The notes beneath the pieces were generated by a model. That model ran no database searches and was not told the DNA's origin. It worked only from the letters and a program-made list of their open reading frames with translations. This document shows positions 21,234 to 33,184 of a stretch of 64,000 nucleotides of DNA, in pieces. Location: the NCBI GenBank assembly GCA_900617105.1, contig UYFQ01000260.1:62001-126000 (forward strand). The letters are read 5' to 3'. Positions within the stretch are counted from its first letter, which is position 1. Each line of letters opens with the position of its first letter. The position numbers and the translations under genes are program-made. The DNA is from Hydrurus foetidus (Eukaryota).

Positions 21234-22907
21234 ATGATCCGCCCAACCCTGATCGCGCTGGCCCTGGCCCTGGCCGCAACCGCCGCCCACGCCGCGCCCA
21301 AACCCGGCCAGGCGGAGTTCCGCAACTTCACCTATGACGGCGCCGACCCCGTCGATGCGCAGGTGGCCCTGGCTCCCGGCCAGTACCGCAACCCGATCCT
21401 CAAGGGCTTCTATCCCGACCCCAGCATCACGCGGGTGGGCGGCGACTACTATCTGGTCAATTCGACCTTCGCCTGGTTCCCCGGCCTGCCGGTCTGGCAC
21501 TCGACCGATCTGGTCCACTGGGAGCAGATCGGTAACGCCATCGACCGGCCCGGCATGCTGGACTTCAAGCGCCTGGGCCTGTCGCGCGCCGTGTTCGCGC
21601 CGGCCATCGAGGAGCACGAGGGCACGTTCTACATCCTCAACACCTGCGTCGACTGCCAGGGCAATTTCCTGATCACGGCGAAGGACCCGAAAGGGCCGTG
21701 GTCGGATCCGGTGTGGCTGCCGACCGTGGGTGGCATCGACACCTCGCTGTTCTTCGACGAGGATGGCCGCGCCTGGATCGTCAACAATGACGGGCCGCCT
21801 GGACCGGTCGAGTACAGCGGCCATCGCGCCATCTGGATCCAGGAATACGATCCTAAGGCCCAGGTGATGATCGGCCCGCGGACCGTGCTGCTGGACAAGG
21901 GCGTCGATCCCTCGACCAAGCCGATCTGGCCCGAGGGACCGCACATCCTCAAGAAGGACGGCTGGTACTATCTGACCGCCGCCGAGGGCGGCACGGCCGA
22001 GGGGCACAGCCAGGTCGCCCTGCGGTCCAGGAGCGTCACCGGCCCCTATACGCCCTATGCCAACAACCCGATCCTGACCCAGCGCGGTCTGCCGAAGGAT
22101 CGCATGCTGCCGATCACCTCGGCGGGGCACGCCGACATCGTCGACACCCCCGACGGCCAGTGGTGGGCCACCTTCCTGGCCGTGCGCCCCTATGGTGACG
22201 ACCTCTACAATACCGGCCGCGAGACCTTCCTGCTGCCGGTCGAGTGGAAGGACGGCTGGCCGGTGATCCTCGAGAACGGCAAGACCATCCCCTATGTGGC
22301 GACCGCGCCGAACCTGCCCGCGCCCAAGGCCCTGCCGCCGCCCACCGCCGGGGCGTTCAGGGCGGCCGAAACCTTCTCGGGCCCCGACCTGCCGCTGAAC
22401 TGGATGACCCTCCGCATCCCCACCGAGCGCTGGTGGTCGGTGAGCAAGGGCGCCCTGACCCTGCAGGCCCGCCCCGACAAGCTGACCGACCAGCCCTCAT
22501 TCTGGGGCCGCCGCCAGCAGCACATCAACGCCACCGCCAAGGTGACGGTGGACTTCGCACCGACCGCCGACGGTGACCGCGCGGGCCTGACGGCGCTGCA
22601 GAGCGACGAATTCTTCTACTTCCTGGGCGTAGTGCGCTCGGGCGGCAAGCCGGTCCTGCGACTGGAGCGCAGGGCCGGTGCGGGAGAGCCCGTCGATGGC
22701 GTGGTGGTCGCGGAAACGCCGCTGGTCGGCGCCGGTCCGGTGGACCTGAAGATCACTGCGCGGGGCGGCGAGTATGACTTCGCCTATGCCGTAAAGCCGG
22801 GAGACTGGAAGGTCCTCAGGGCCGGGGCGGACGGGACGATGCTGTCGACCAAGAAGGCCGGCGGGTTCGTCGGGGCGATGTTCGGGGTGTATGCGAACGG
22901 GAAGTGA
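21234..22907 (+). CDS. GH43 beta-xylosidase/arabinofuranosidase with C-terminal beta-sandwich
   Basis: NPILKGFYPDPSI, STFAWFPG, PEGPHI, AEGGT, GHADIV, GRETFL. Confidence 0.93.
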   Translation: MIRPTLIALALALAATAAHAAPKPGQAEFRNFTYDGADPVDAQVALAPGQYRNPILKGFYPDPSITRVGGDYYLVNSTFAWFPGLPVWHSTDLVHWEQIGNAIDRPGMLDFKRLGLSRAVFAPAIEEHEGTFYILNTCVDCQGNFLITAKDPKGPWSDPVWLPTVGGIDTSLFFDEDGRAWIVNNDGPPGPVEYSGHRAIWIQEYDPKAQVMIGPRTVLLDKGVDPSTKPIWPEGPHILKKDGWYYLTAAEGGTAEGHSQVALRSRSVTGPYTPYANNPILTQRGLPKDRMLPITSAGHADIVDTPDGQWWATFLAVRPYGDDLYNTGRETFLLPVEWKDGWPVILENGKTIPYVATAPNLPAPKALPPPTAGAFRAAETFSGPDLPLNWMTLRIPTERWWSVSKGALTLQARPDKLTDQPSFWGRRQQHINATAKVTVDFAPTADGDRAGLTALQSDEFFYFLGVVRSGGKPVLRLERRAGAGEPVDGVVVAETPLVGAGPVDLKITARGGEYDFAYAVKPGDWKVLRAGADGTMLSTKKAGGFVGAMFGVYANGK

Positions 22908-22910
22908 GAA

Positions 22911-23052
22911 CCCTTCCCCCTTGATGGGGGAAGGGCAGGGATGGGGGTGAACGCGAAGCGTTCAAGCGATGTCGGAAGCTGGCGAGGCGGATTGAGGTTG
23001 AAGCGCCGAGGTCACCCCCATCCCCGACCCTTCCCCCATCAAGGGGGAAGGG
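22911..23052. repeat. REP-doublet-like inverted repeat between convergent genes
   Basis: CCCTTCCCCCTTGATGGGGGAAGGG at the left end and its reverse complement at the right; about 40 bp arms. Confidence 0.9.
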
Positions 23053-23055
23053 AGA

Positions 23056-24619
23056 TCAATACCGATAAAGCTTCACCCGCTGCGTCTGGAACCGATCCGG
23101 CTCCAGCCGCACATGCCGGCCCTGGTGCGTCTCGTCGCCGTTGAGCCAGCGGCCTGCGACCCAGGCGCCGTCGACGAACCGTCCCTCGACCACCTTCTCC
23201 AGCCCGACGCCTTCGCCGAAGGTCAGGGTGATCCCTGATCCCGCCACCAGAAACTCATCGTCCGACAGCCGGATCACGAGGCCGCCATGCGCCGCAAAGG
23301 TCTGCTTGTCCTTCGGCGTCCAGGGGTCGACGAACGACACCTTCACCGTCCAGTCGCCCATCGTCACCGTTTGGGGTGTCTCATTGACCACGCCGTCGAA
23401 GCTGACCGGCGGACGGAAGCCGCGCATCACGCCCTTGCCCTGATGGGCCAGGATCGTCGGGGTCAGTTCGCGCAGCAGGGCATAGGCGCCGGCCAGTGGA
23501 TTGCTGGCCGGATCGGCCACGTTTTCGATGGAGAACGGCGAGAAGCCGATCGCGTCGTGCTCGCCGATCGCCCAGAAGGCGTTGGCCGGGGCCTCGACCT
23601 TGCCGGCCCGGTCGGCCTCGGGAAGGAACAGCGGATTGCCCGGCCGGTCGCTGCGCGGCCCAGTGGGTGAAGTCGGGATAGTAGATATCCGGCGCCTGGA
23701 ACACCGACAGCCGCCGCCTTCCACACCTCATACAGGTGGGGCAGGGGGCCGGCGCTGGGATAGCCGCCGGGGACGACGCCGGGCTTGTTCAGCGCGGCGT
23801 TGACGTACATCGGCAGCGGGTAGGCCTTTTGACCCGCGCTGGCCAGTCCCTCGACAAAGCGCCCGAATGACCAAGCCTGCCACAGCTCGTCGGTCGCGTC
23901 GCTCTTGCCGAACACCTGCTCCCAGCTGCCCGAGCCGGACTTGCCGGTCGCCTTGAGCACAGCGGCGGGCACGGGTTTGCGGAACTCGGCCTCGGCCAGC
24001 GGCGAGTGATCGCGGGCCGAGGGCAGCATGCCGATCTCGTTCTCGACCTGGATCATGATCACCGTGCGCCGGTCGCCATCCACCGCCTTCAGGTGCGTCA
24101 TCAGGGCCGCGAAGGCTTTGGCGTCGGCGGCCAGGGTGGCCGGGCCGGCGGGTGACAGGATTTCCTGCACCTTGCCCTCGGCCGAGCGCGCCAGCGGGAA
24201 GCGCTTGCCGTCGCGCTTCACCCAGGCCGGCGTATAGGTCGACATGCTGTTTTTCCACGCCCCGAACCACAGCAGCACCAGCCGCGTGTCGTGAGCGCGC
24301 GCCTGGGCGATTACGCCGTCGATCACCGTGAAGTCGAAGCGCCCCTCGACCGGTTCGATCTGGTCCCATTGCACCGGAGCCAGCACCGTGTTGAGGCCCA
24401 GGGCCGCCAGGGTGGGCCACTGCTTTTCCAGGTACGGCAGGCTGGAGGCGGTGGAGTTGCCCAGCTCTCCGCCCAGGATCAGGAACGGCTTGCCGTCGAC
24501 CAGCAGCTGGGTCGCGTCGCCCTGGGGCGCCAGGCGGGGGATCTGCTCGGCGGCGGCGGGAAAAGCGCAGAGCGCGGCGGTCAGCGCCACGGCGCTCAGG
24601 GTCTGATCAGGGTACGCAT
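23056..24619 (-). CDS. GH35-like beta-galactosidase with DUF5597-type C-terminus; frameshifts
   Basis: GKPFLILGGELGNS, LLWFGAWKNSMS, MIQVENEIG, APDIY, GFSPFSIE, WLNGDETHQG. Confidence 0.85.
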
Positions 24620-24729
24620 CATTGGTCAGATGACCTCATGAGGCTTGTAAGATCAATCATGAAAGCCGCGTCGGCGAGGGCCGCCGCCGGCTGGTTGTTG
24701 TTCCCGGCGCCCGCCGCTAGGGTCGGGGC

Positions 24730-25251
24730 ATGATCCGTCGCCTCATCGCCGTCGCCCTCGCGCCTGTCCTCTTCGCCTCTTCGGCCCTGGCCCAGACGGT
24801 GGTGATCGTCCGCCACGGCGAGAAGGTCGCGCCCAAAGGCGATCCTGACCTGTCAGCGGCCGGTCAGGCCCGCGCCCAGGCTTTGGCCCAGGCCCTGAGC
24901 GGCGCCCGCGTGGCCATGGTGCTGGCCACCCCGCTCAAGCGCACCCAGCAGACGGCTCAGCCCACCGCCCAGGCCGTCGGTGTGGCGGTGGTCGCCGTGC
25001 CCTTCGATGGCGGCGATGCGGCCCACGCCCAGCGCCTCGCCGACCAGGCCCGCACGGCGCCGGCCGACGCCACCGTCCTGATCGTCGGCCACAGCAACAC
25101 CGTCGCCAACATCGCCAGGGCTCTGGGGGACACCGCCGCTCAGGCGCCGACCGACTGCGAGTACGATCAGATGACGGTCATCCAGATGGCCGGGGCTGCG
25201 GCGCCCAAGGTGGTGCATGCGCGGTATGGGGCGCCGACGGCGGCGTGCTGA
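24730..25251 (+). CDS. Exported histidine phosphatase family protein
   Basis: Signal peptide, VRHGEK motif, VGHSNT. Confidence 0.88.
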   Translation: MIRRLIAVALAPVLFASSALAQTVVIVRHGEKVAPKGDPDLSAAGQARAQALAQALSGARVAMVLATPLKRTQQTAQPTAQAVGVAVVAVPFDGGDAAHAQRLADQARTAPADATVLIVGHSNTVANIARALGDTAAQAPTDCEYDQMTVIQMAGAAAPKVVHARYGAPTAAC

Positions 25252-25285
25252 AGTCCCTCTCTCGAAGCGGGAGGGGCGCGGCGTC

Positions 25286-25645
25286 TTAAGCCGACGCCTG
25301 GATCGCCACCTGACAGGCTCGCGCCAGGCGCGTCGGCGACACGGGCTTTTCCACCACCGGATTGGTGCTGCCGGCCGAAAGCGAGCAGGCATTGCCGGTC
25401 ACATAGACCACCGGGATGGGACCGAGATGGGCCAGGATCGAGCGGACAGCGTCCTCGCCGGTGCCGCCCACGATGCGATAGTCGGCGGTGATCAGGTCTG
25501 GCTTGCGGCGCAGGGCCAGATCGAGGGCCTCGCGGGCGTTGTCGGCGACATCCACCGAGGTGAAACCCTGCTCGCGAAGCAGAGCTTCGACCTCCATGGC
25601 GATCAGGATCTCGTCTTCGATAATGAGAGCGTGACGCAATACCAT
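25286..25645 (-). CDS. Single-domain response regulator
   Basis: LIIEDEILIA, PDLITAD, YVTG, EKP. Confidence 0.85.
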   Translation of the reverse strand: MVLRHALIIEDEILIAMEVEALLREQGFTSVDVADNAREALDLALRRKPDLITADYRIVGGTGEDAVRSILAHLGPIPVVYVTGNACSLSAGSTNPVVEKPVSPTRLARACQVAIQASA

Positions 25646-25764
25646 CTTGAGCAACCCGTTTCGAATATCCCTCAAGACCACTTGGTCAACTGATTCCAGT
25701 CAAAGGCAAGTGTAACGTGACTTAAGGGTCGCTCCGAGTTCAAACCCAAGGTCGCCGACCGACG

Positions 25765-26505
25765 TTATTTCTTCTTGTCGCCACCCCAGGGCAGGCTCTG
25801 CTTGACCTGATCCAGCGGCGTCTTGGTCACCACCACAGGCGGCGGGATATAGACGGTGGGCGCCTTGATCGGATAGGCGCGCCAGCCGGACTGGATCAGG
25901 GGGCCAAAGCCCACGCAGCGCGGCATGATCCTGACCGCGCCGGTGCGCGGCTTGGGGAAGGGCGGCGGCTGACGCAGCTCCTGGCGCTTGGGATCGATGA
26001 ACCACCAGTCGCCGGGCAGGCCATAGCCCTTCTCGCCGCCGGCCCGCACGGCCTGATAGGCGATGTTGGCCTGGAAGGGCGTGACGCCATAGCGCAGCAT
26101 GGCGCGGTGGAAGATGGCGTCGGCCTCTTCGCGCTTGCCCGGCTCGCCCACGGCGTACAGCCAGTCATGGACGATGGCGGCGCGGGCGGTCGGGCCCTGC
26201 GGATCGACAAAGCCCTGGCCGTACCAGGGCACGCTGGCGAAGTCGGTGACGTACCAGCGCGGCACGACGATCACCTTGCCGGTCTCGACGTCGCAATAGG
26301 GGAACTCGGCGTCCAGGGTGAACAGCTTGCGGCCGGCCTTGGTCTGGTTGAACAGCACCACCGGCTGCGGCGTCAGCGAGCTGGGCGGGGTGGGCGCGAC
26401 CACGGGGATATAGACCGTCTGGTGGGTTTCCGTCGCGCAGCCGGCGAGGATCGAAGCCGCCAGCAGGGCGGAGGCGGCGAGAAGGGCGGTTCTGATCGGG
26501 CGCAA
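25765..26505 (-). CDS. DUF1353-like lipoprotein
   Basis: Lipobox LAGC; VPRWYVTDFASVP and AAIVHDWLY motifs. Confidence 0.75.
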   Translation of the reverse strand: MRPIRTALLAASALLAASILAGCATETHQTVYIPVVAPTPPSSLTPQPVVLFNQTKAGRKLFTLDAEFPYCDVETGKVIVVPRWYVTDFASVPWYGQGFVDPQGPTARAAIVHDWLYAVGEPGKREEADAIFHRAMLRYGVTPFQANIAYQAVRAGGEKGYGLPGDWWFIDPKRQELRQPPPFPKPRTGAVRIMPRCVGFGPLIQSGWRAYPIKAPTVYIPPPVVVTKTPLDQVKQSLPWGGDKKK

Positions 26506-26607
26506 GGCGGTCTTCGGCTAGGGCGGAACGAGAGCGGGGCTATAGCACCGTTTCCGTGTCGCTTTCGAGGCGGCATGAGCCCGCAGCGACCAGGTCAGGC
26601 CTTGTGA

Positions 26608-27053
26608 TCAGGCCTTGGGCGGGCGGCGCCGGCGGGGCACGCGGACGGTGGCCTCGCCATCCATGACCAGGTCGTCGCCGACATAGGCCGCGCAGCGCAG
26701 CAGCGCGCGCGCTGGCCTCGTCGATGGCCGCACCGTGACCCGGGCCGCCACGACGTCGCCGATGCGGACCGGCCTGTGGAAGGCCAGGGTCTGGCTCAGA
26801 TAGATCGCGCCGGCGCCCGGCAGGATGGTGCCGACCACGGCCGAGCCGAACGAGGCCGACAGCAGGCCGTGGGCGATGCGCCCGCGATAGGCGGTCCGCG
26901 ACGCGAAGGCCTCGTCCATGTGCACGGGATTGAAGTCGTCCGAGGCCTCGGCAAACCGCTGGATGCGCTCTTCGGTGACGGTCACGAACTCTCGGCGACC
27001 ATCCCGACGACAAGCTCTTCCAGGAGGTAGCCGCCGGAGGTGAGGTTGATCAT
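26608..27053 (-). CDS. MaoC family dehydratase, frameshifted
   Basis: FAEASDDFNPVHMD, RIAHGLL, LPGAGAIYLSQTL. Confidence 0.88.
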
Positions 27054-27158
27054 ACCGCCGGTTAGCGGTGATGTGGCCTCGTGACCAGAGAAAATGCGTG
27101 CGGACGGCCGCAAGACGCGGCGCTGACCCCGCTTCGGCATCCGGACGCGCCCTGCCCG

Positions 27159-28268
27159 TCAGCCGTGCGGACTTGTGGCTGGGCGAGGAGGCCGCGCGAT
27201 GGGCTCAGCGCCAGACGCCGCGATCGCCTCCAGGATCCTGGTCGCGGCGAGCTCCAGAGTGGCGGGGTCCGCGGCGTCCAGGGCGATGCTGGCCAGGGTC
27301 GGCTGATCTGACTTTCGCCGCTCCCGCGCATAGGCCAGGTCGTAGTGGGCGGCCATCAGGGCTTGCGCCAGATCGGTAAAGGCGCCCTGGTCGACCATCT
27401 CGCGCCAGGCCGCCAGCCGCCTCAGGCTGGGATGGATCGGCAGACGTTCCAGGATCGCGGGCAGGGCCTCGCGCCGGGCGGTGATGTCGCCATAGGTCTC
27501 GACCAGATAGCGGGCGCGTTCCGGCAGGGGCGCGGTGACCTCGATGCGCGGAGCCTTGCGCATGGCTGTCCAGAGCATCGGCGGCAGGACCCGGTTGCCG
27601 ATCTTGCTCGACTCCGCCTCCACCACCACCGGGCGGGTCGGGTCCAGCGCATCGAGCGCCGCGAGCAGCTGGCTCTCGAAGCCCTTCTGGTCGGGCTGGG
27701 CCTGTCCCGACAGGGCGCCGAACAGCGAGCCGCGGTGGCAGGCCAGGCCCTCCAGGTCAACGACCTGAACGCCGCGCTGCGCGAGGGCTCCCAGGATCGC
27801 CGTCTTGGCCGAGCCGGTGTCGCCATCCAGCAGGATCAGGTCCAGGTCGCAGGGCGTGTCATACAGTCGGGCCTGAACCCAGCGGCGATAGGTCCGGTAT
27901 CCGCCGTCCAGCACGGCGGTCTGCCAGCCCACCCGCTGCAGGATGGTGGCCATGGCGTTGGACCTCTGGCCGCCGCGCCAGCAATAGACCAGCGGCCTGA
28001 AGCCCTCCGGCCGGTCGGCCAGCGCGGTTTCCAGGTGATGGGCGATGTTGCGGGCCACATGGGCCGCGCCGATGCGGTTGGCGCGCAGGCGCGACTCCTG
28101 GACATAGATCGTCCCCACCTCGGCGCGCTGGGCGTCATTGAGCAACGGCAGGTTGACGGCCTGGCAGGTGATCCTGGCGAACTCGCCTGGGCTACGCACA
28201 TCGATGATCTGAATCGAAGGCCGCCAGGGCGGCGGGTCGGCGGATGTCAGGACCTGAAGCGGCTTCAT
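27159..28268 (-). CDS. selU: tRNA 2-selenouridine synthase
   Basis: [48 protein letters not shown]. Confidence 0.92.
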   Translation of the reverse strand: MKPLQVLTSADPPPWRPSIQIIDVRSPGEFARITCQAVNLPLLNDAQRAEVGTIYVQESRLRANRIGAAHVARNIAHHLETALADRPEGFRPLVYCWRGGQRSNAMATILQRVGWQTAVLDGGYRTYRRWVQARLYDTPCDLDLILLDGDTGSAKTAILGALAQRGVQVVDLEGLACHRGSLFGALSGQAQPDQKGFESQLLAALDALDPTRPVVVEAESSKIGNRVLPPMLWTAMRKAPRIEVTAPLPERARYLVETYGDITARREALPAILERLPIHPSLRRLAAWREMVDQGAFTDLAQALMAAHYDLAYARERRKSDQPTLASIALDAADPATLELAATRILEAIAASGAEPIARPPRPATSPHG

Positions 28269-28398
28269 GTCCGCTCGGGGTTTCGCCGCAGGTCGCTCGT
28301 CATGCCGCCAGATCTCGCCATCGCCGCTTTTCGTGGTCGCGACTATGCGCGAGGCGTCGGGGAATCGTAAGGTCCCCGCGAAGTTCCAGGAGCGCTCC

Positions 28399-29463
28399 GT
28401 GCCAGATTCCCCGCCAGCCCCCGTTCGACTGACATCTTTGGCCCATGGGGGCGGTTGCGGTTGCAAGCTGTCTCCGGCGGTGCTGCGCGAGATCCTGGCC
28501 CAGTCTCCGGCCGCCGGGATGTTTCCCAATCTGATGGTCGGCACCGAGACCTCGGACGACGCCGCCGTCTGGCGGCTGAACGACCAGCAGGCCCTGGTGG
28601 CCACCACCGACTTCTTCATGCCCGTGGTCGACGACCCCCATGACTTTGGCCGCATCGCCGCGACCAACGCCCTGTCGGACGTCTATGCCATGGGGGCCAC
28701 GCCGATCTTCGCCCTGGCCATTGTCGGCATGCCGATCGACAGGCTTTCGACCGAGACCATCGGCGCGATCCTGGCCGGCGGGGCCTCGGTCTGCGCGGCG
28801 GCGGGCGTGCCGATCGCCGGAGGACACTCCATCGACAGCGTCGAGCCGATCTATGGGCTGGTCGCCCTGGGCCTGGTCCATCCCGATCACGTGCTGTCCA
28901 ACCGGGGCGCGCGGGCCGGCGACGTGCTGATCCTGACCAAGGCCCTGGGCGTGGGCGTGCTGAGCGCGGCGTTCAAGCAACAGCGCCTTTCCGACGAGGG
29001 CTACCGCGCCCTGATCGCCACCACCACCCAGCTCAACACGGTCGGGGCGGGGCTGGGCGAGGTGGCGGGCGTCCACGCCGTCACCGATGTCACCGGCTTT
29101 GGCCTGCTGGGTCACCTGCTGGAAATGTGCCGGGGCGCCGGGCTGGCCGCAGAGCTGGACGCCGACGCGCCTGTTCTGCTGCCGCAGGTCGCCGCCCTGG
29201 CCCAGGCCGGGGTGCGCACCGGGGCGGCGGTGCGCAACTGGGCCAGCTATGGCGCGGCGGTTGAGATGATGCCGGGCCAGACTGGCGACGCGATCTGCTG
29301 GCTGACCCGCAGACCAGCGGCGGCCTGCTGATCGACCGTGGCGCCGGAGGCCGCCGACGCGGTGCTGCGCCAGGTGCTGGACGCGGGGTTCGCCGCCGCC
29401 CGGGTGGTCGGGCGGATGACCGCCGGCGCGCCGCAGGTGAGGGTGCGGGGCGGCCTCAGCTGA
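28399..29463 (+). CDS. selD: Selenide, water dikinase (Cys type); 3' frameshifts
   Basis: [50 protein letters not shown]. Confidence 0.95.
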
Positions 29464-31934
29464 CCCCGGCGGCTGGCGCCGGCGGCGACCCAGTTTGCGG
29501 AGCAGTCCGAACCAGCCGCCGCTGATCAGGGCGACCAGCAGGGCGCTGGCCAGCAGGCCGGGCGTCGGCGGCGCGACCTTGAAGATGGTGTCCAGGGTCG
29601 GCACGGCGAAGATCAGGGCCAGCACGCCGGACGCCGCCGAGGCGATGATCCAGTAGATCCGCCGATGCGGCGCGAACAGGCGGCCCCCGGTCGAGGAGGC
29701 GTCGGCCAGGGCCAGGGATCAGGTTACCGGTCAGGAAGGCCGCGCCCCGGCCTACGGATGATGGTCCAGCGCCCACAGTAGATCCCCAGCACCCCGGCCA
29801 GCACGCCGGCCCTGCAGCGGGCTGCCAGACCCAGCTGGCGGGTCCAACAGCGGCTCCTCAGGCGTCTGCAAGTCGCTTCGGCGCCGCCCGGCTCGGCTCG
29901 AACACCATCGCGCAGACCGGATCGATCACCAGCTCCAGAAACACCACGTGCATCGGATAAAGCAGGGGCGGCAGGCCCATGACGATCGGGATCAGCGCCA
30001 CCCCGGCGATCGGCACGCATGGATGGCGGTGATATAGACCAGCGCCTTGCGCAGGTTGTTGAAGATCCGTCGGCCCAGCCGCACGCCGCCTACGATCGAG
30101 GCGAAGCTGTCGTCGAGAATGACCAGGTCGGCGGCCTCGCGCGCGACATCCGTGCCCTTCTGCCCCATGGCGATGCCGATATGCGCCGCCTCCAGGGCCG
30201 GGGCGTCATTGACCCCGTCGCCGGTCATGGCCACCACCTGGCCGTCCAGTTTCAGGGCCTGGACGATGCGCAGCTTCTGCTCGGGGATGATGCGGGCGAA
30301 GATCCGGGTCTGGCGAAGGCGTTCGGCCAGGGCGGCGTCGCCGAGCGCGGCCAGTTCGTCGCCCAGCATGACCCCGCCGGAAGTGTCCAGGCCGGCGGCC
30401 TCGGCGATGGCCAGGGCGGTCGCGGGGTGACCGTGATCGAGCACCGAATGCCCGCCTCCCCGCGCCTGTTTCAGCGCAGCAGGGACATCGGGGCGGATGG
30501 GGTCGAGGAAACCGATCAGCCCGGTGAACGCGAACGGCGCGTCCTGCGGATCGTCGGGAAGGCCGTCGGGATCTGGGGGACGCCACGCCCAGCACGCGCA
30601 GGCCTCTGACGGCGAATTGTTCGACCACCCGTCAGGCGGACCACTTCGTCATCGGCCAGGCCGCACAGCCGGAAGATCGCCCGGCGCCCCTTGGCGGCGG
30701 CGCGCCACTGATCCCCGGGGCCGCGCCAGACCTGGATCATCGCCATCATGTCGGGCGCAGGGGCCAGGTCCGCCCGGTTCGGCCGGGGTGTCGGGTGAGG
30801 GGACCGCGAGGACCCCAGCAGCGCCCGCACCGCCTTGTCCATCGGGTCGACCGGATGGACGGCGCAGCCAGTCCGGCGGCCTGCAGTAGGTCATGCGCTG
30901 CCCCGGCTGGCGGTCCCCCCTCGATCAGGTGGTCTTCGCCCTGAGTCCACAGGCGGGCCACGCGCATGCGGTTCTCGGTCAGGGTGCCGGTCTTGTCGAC
31001 GCACAGGAACGAGGCGCCGCCGAGGCCTCGATCACCGCGCTGCGCCGCACCAGCACCTTGTGCCGGGCCAGGCGTCCGCGCCAGGGCCAGGAAGACGGCC
31101 AGCACCATGGGGAATTCTTCGGGGATCAGGGCGATGGCCACCGTGATGCCGGCCAGCACGCCGCCCACCCAGTCCTGGCGCAGCCATAGGCCACCGCCAC
31201 GACAACGCAGAAGGCGATGGCGAACACGCCCAGCAGGGCCACCAGCCGTCCCGCCGTCTTTTGCAGCGGGGTGGGCTCCTGCACGATGGCCGCCAGCGAG
31301 ACGCCGATCTTGCCCAGCGCCGTGCGGGGGCCAGTCCTGGCGATCCGCGCCACGGCCTGGCCGCGAACCACCAGCGTGCCCGAGAACAGATAGGGGCCGG
31401 TCTCGACGCCGGGCTGGGTCTCGGCGTCGGCGGCTTCACCCTCCGCCAGGGGACGCTTCGAGACCGGGGCGGATTCGCGGTCAGCGCGGATTCGTCGACG
31501 CTCAGCACGTCGCCGGCCACCAGGGCGCCGTCGGCGGGCAGGCGTTCGCCCTCGCCGACCAGCAAGATGTCGCCGGGAACCAGATCGCGCGCGGCCAGCC
31601 GCACCTCGACCCCATCGCGCATCACCCGGGCCTGGGGCTGCGACAGGTCGCGCAGGGCCGACAGTGCGTTCTCGCTGCGGGTCTCCTGCAAAACGACCAG
31701 CCCGATGGTGGCGATCGCCCCGGCCATCAGGAACAGGCCTTCGCCCAGGTCGCCCAGCACCAGATAGAGGCCCGCCGCCCCGATCAGCAGCAGGAACATC
31801 GGCTCGCGCAGGGTCTCCAGCACGATCCTGGCCAGGCCACGGCCCGAGGCCTGGGGCAGGGCGTTGGGACCGACCTCGGCCAGCCGTTGGCCAGCCTGCG
31901 CCGTTGTCAGTCCGCTGAGATCGTCATGCGCCAT
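29456..31934 (-). CDS. Cation-transporting P-type ATPase, many frameshifts
   Basis: GPNALP, DESALT, IPEEFP, DKTGTLTEN, MTGDGVNDAPAL across frames. Confidence 0.9.
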
Positions 31935-32183
31935 GGGGCATCCCGGTTGCTCCAGAGGTCGAACTGGACCCTGTTACAACGCGTCGAACCTCACCTTGCG
32001 CCAGATCATCTTTGCAAAGGCCAAGACCGGGCGCCGCCTGCCTTCGTTGCCTGGGCCTTAGGTCTCGTCCGGTGCGCTTCGCGACGGGGAGCAGCGCTTA
32101 GCCGCCCTTGTCCTGCCGCGTGCCACGGGGGAGGCGTGCGGCGTCTGCCACACAGCGAGATATCGAGGATTTGGGTCGAGCCG

Positions 32184-32314
32184 CTAGAGGGCAGCTGCGA
32201 AACGCCGCCGATCATGACCGCGCCGATCACCACCCAGCCGGCGGCCAGGGCGAACATCGGATAGCGTTGCCACCAGTGGCGTTGGGCGGCGCAGGCGCCG
32301 GTGTGTCTGGGCAT
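32184..32314 (-). CDS. Possible small (about 43 aa) membrane protein
   Basis: SD GAGGGAGG, ATG 32314, hydrophobic MFALAAGWVVIGAVMIGGV; the stop at 32184 requires a 1 nt correction. Confidence 0.4.
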
Positions 32315-32578
32315 GTCGTACCTCCCTCTCTGGCCGGATGACTCTTTGGGAGGGCAACCGTGACCTAAAAAACATCCTAATGCTTGGTTAATAGCGGTCA
32401 CAATCTCGACAAGTGGCCGTGAAATGATCACGAACTTGTTCAGCGAGCTCGCCTGATCAATGAGAACTTTGATCAAGTTATTGATTTTTATAGACTTTGT
32501 CTTGCCTGAAAAGGTTGCGTCGCCGGGGAAAGCCCCTAGTCTGCCGTTCCGAAAAAAGATTCTTGGTCAGGACCCCGA

Positions 32579-33075
32579 ATGCTTCGTTTTGCCTGTTTGA
32601 CCCTTGGTTTGACTCTGGCCGTGGGCGGAATGGCCTGCGCCCAGACGTCTGCGGCCGCGCCGCCCGCCAGCGCGACGGCCGCCCAGACGGCCGGTCAGGC
32701 CTTCCTGGCGACCAACGCCAAGGCGCCCGGCGTGGTCGTTCTGCCGTCGGGCCTGCAGTACAAGATCCTGACCTCGGGCCCCAAAACCGGCCCATCGCCC
32801 AAGACCGGCGACATCATCAAGGTCCACTACGAAGGCAAGCTGCTGGACGGCACGGTGTTCGACAGCTCGTTCGAGCGCAAGCAGTCGGCGATCATGCCCC
32901 TGGACGGTCTGGTTCAGGCCTGGCTGGAAGCCCGCCGATGATGAAGGTCGGCGATGAGTGGGTGCTCTATGTGCCGCCCGAGCTGGGCTATGGCGACCGC
33001 GATGTCGGGCCGATCCCGGCCGGCAGCGTGATGACGTTCCGGCTGCAACTGCTGGGCATGCTGGCGGTGGATTAG
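32579..33075 (+). CDS. FKBP-type peptidyl-prolyl isomerase; frameshift near 32935
   Basis: LPSGLQYKIL, VHYEGKLLDGTVFDSS, VPPELGYG. Confidence 0.92.
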
Positions 33076-33085
33076 GAGGGCAATC

Positions 33086-33184
33086 AAGTCCGCCCCTGTG
33101 GGGAGGTGTTGCTGAGGGCGATTTCCGAGGGGGATGAGTCATTGCCGCCTCTCACGGGTTTGCCCCCTTCAGGGGGAGGACTTT
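33086..33184. repeat. Degenerate family A repeat overlapping the rutA stop
   Basis: AAGTCCGCCCC ... CCCCCTTCAGGGGGAGGACTT; central GAGTC. Confidence 0.7.

Noticed and set aside
28399..28470. Selenocysteine recoding in selD
   Set aside because: Both active-site codons are TGC; no in-frame TGA
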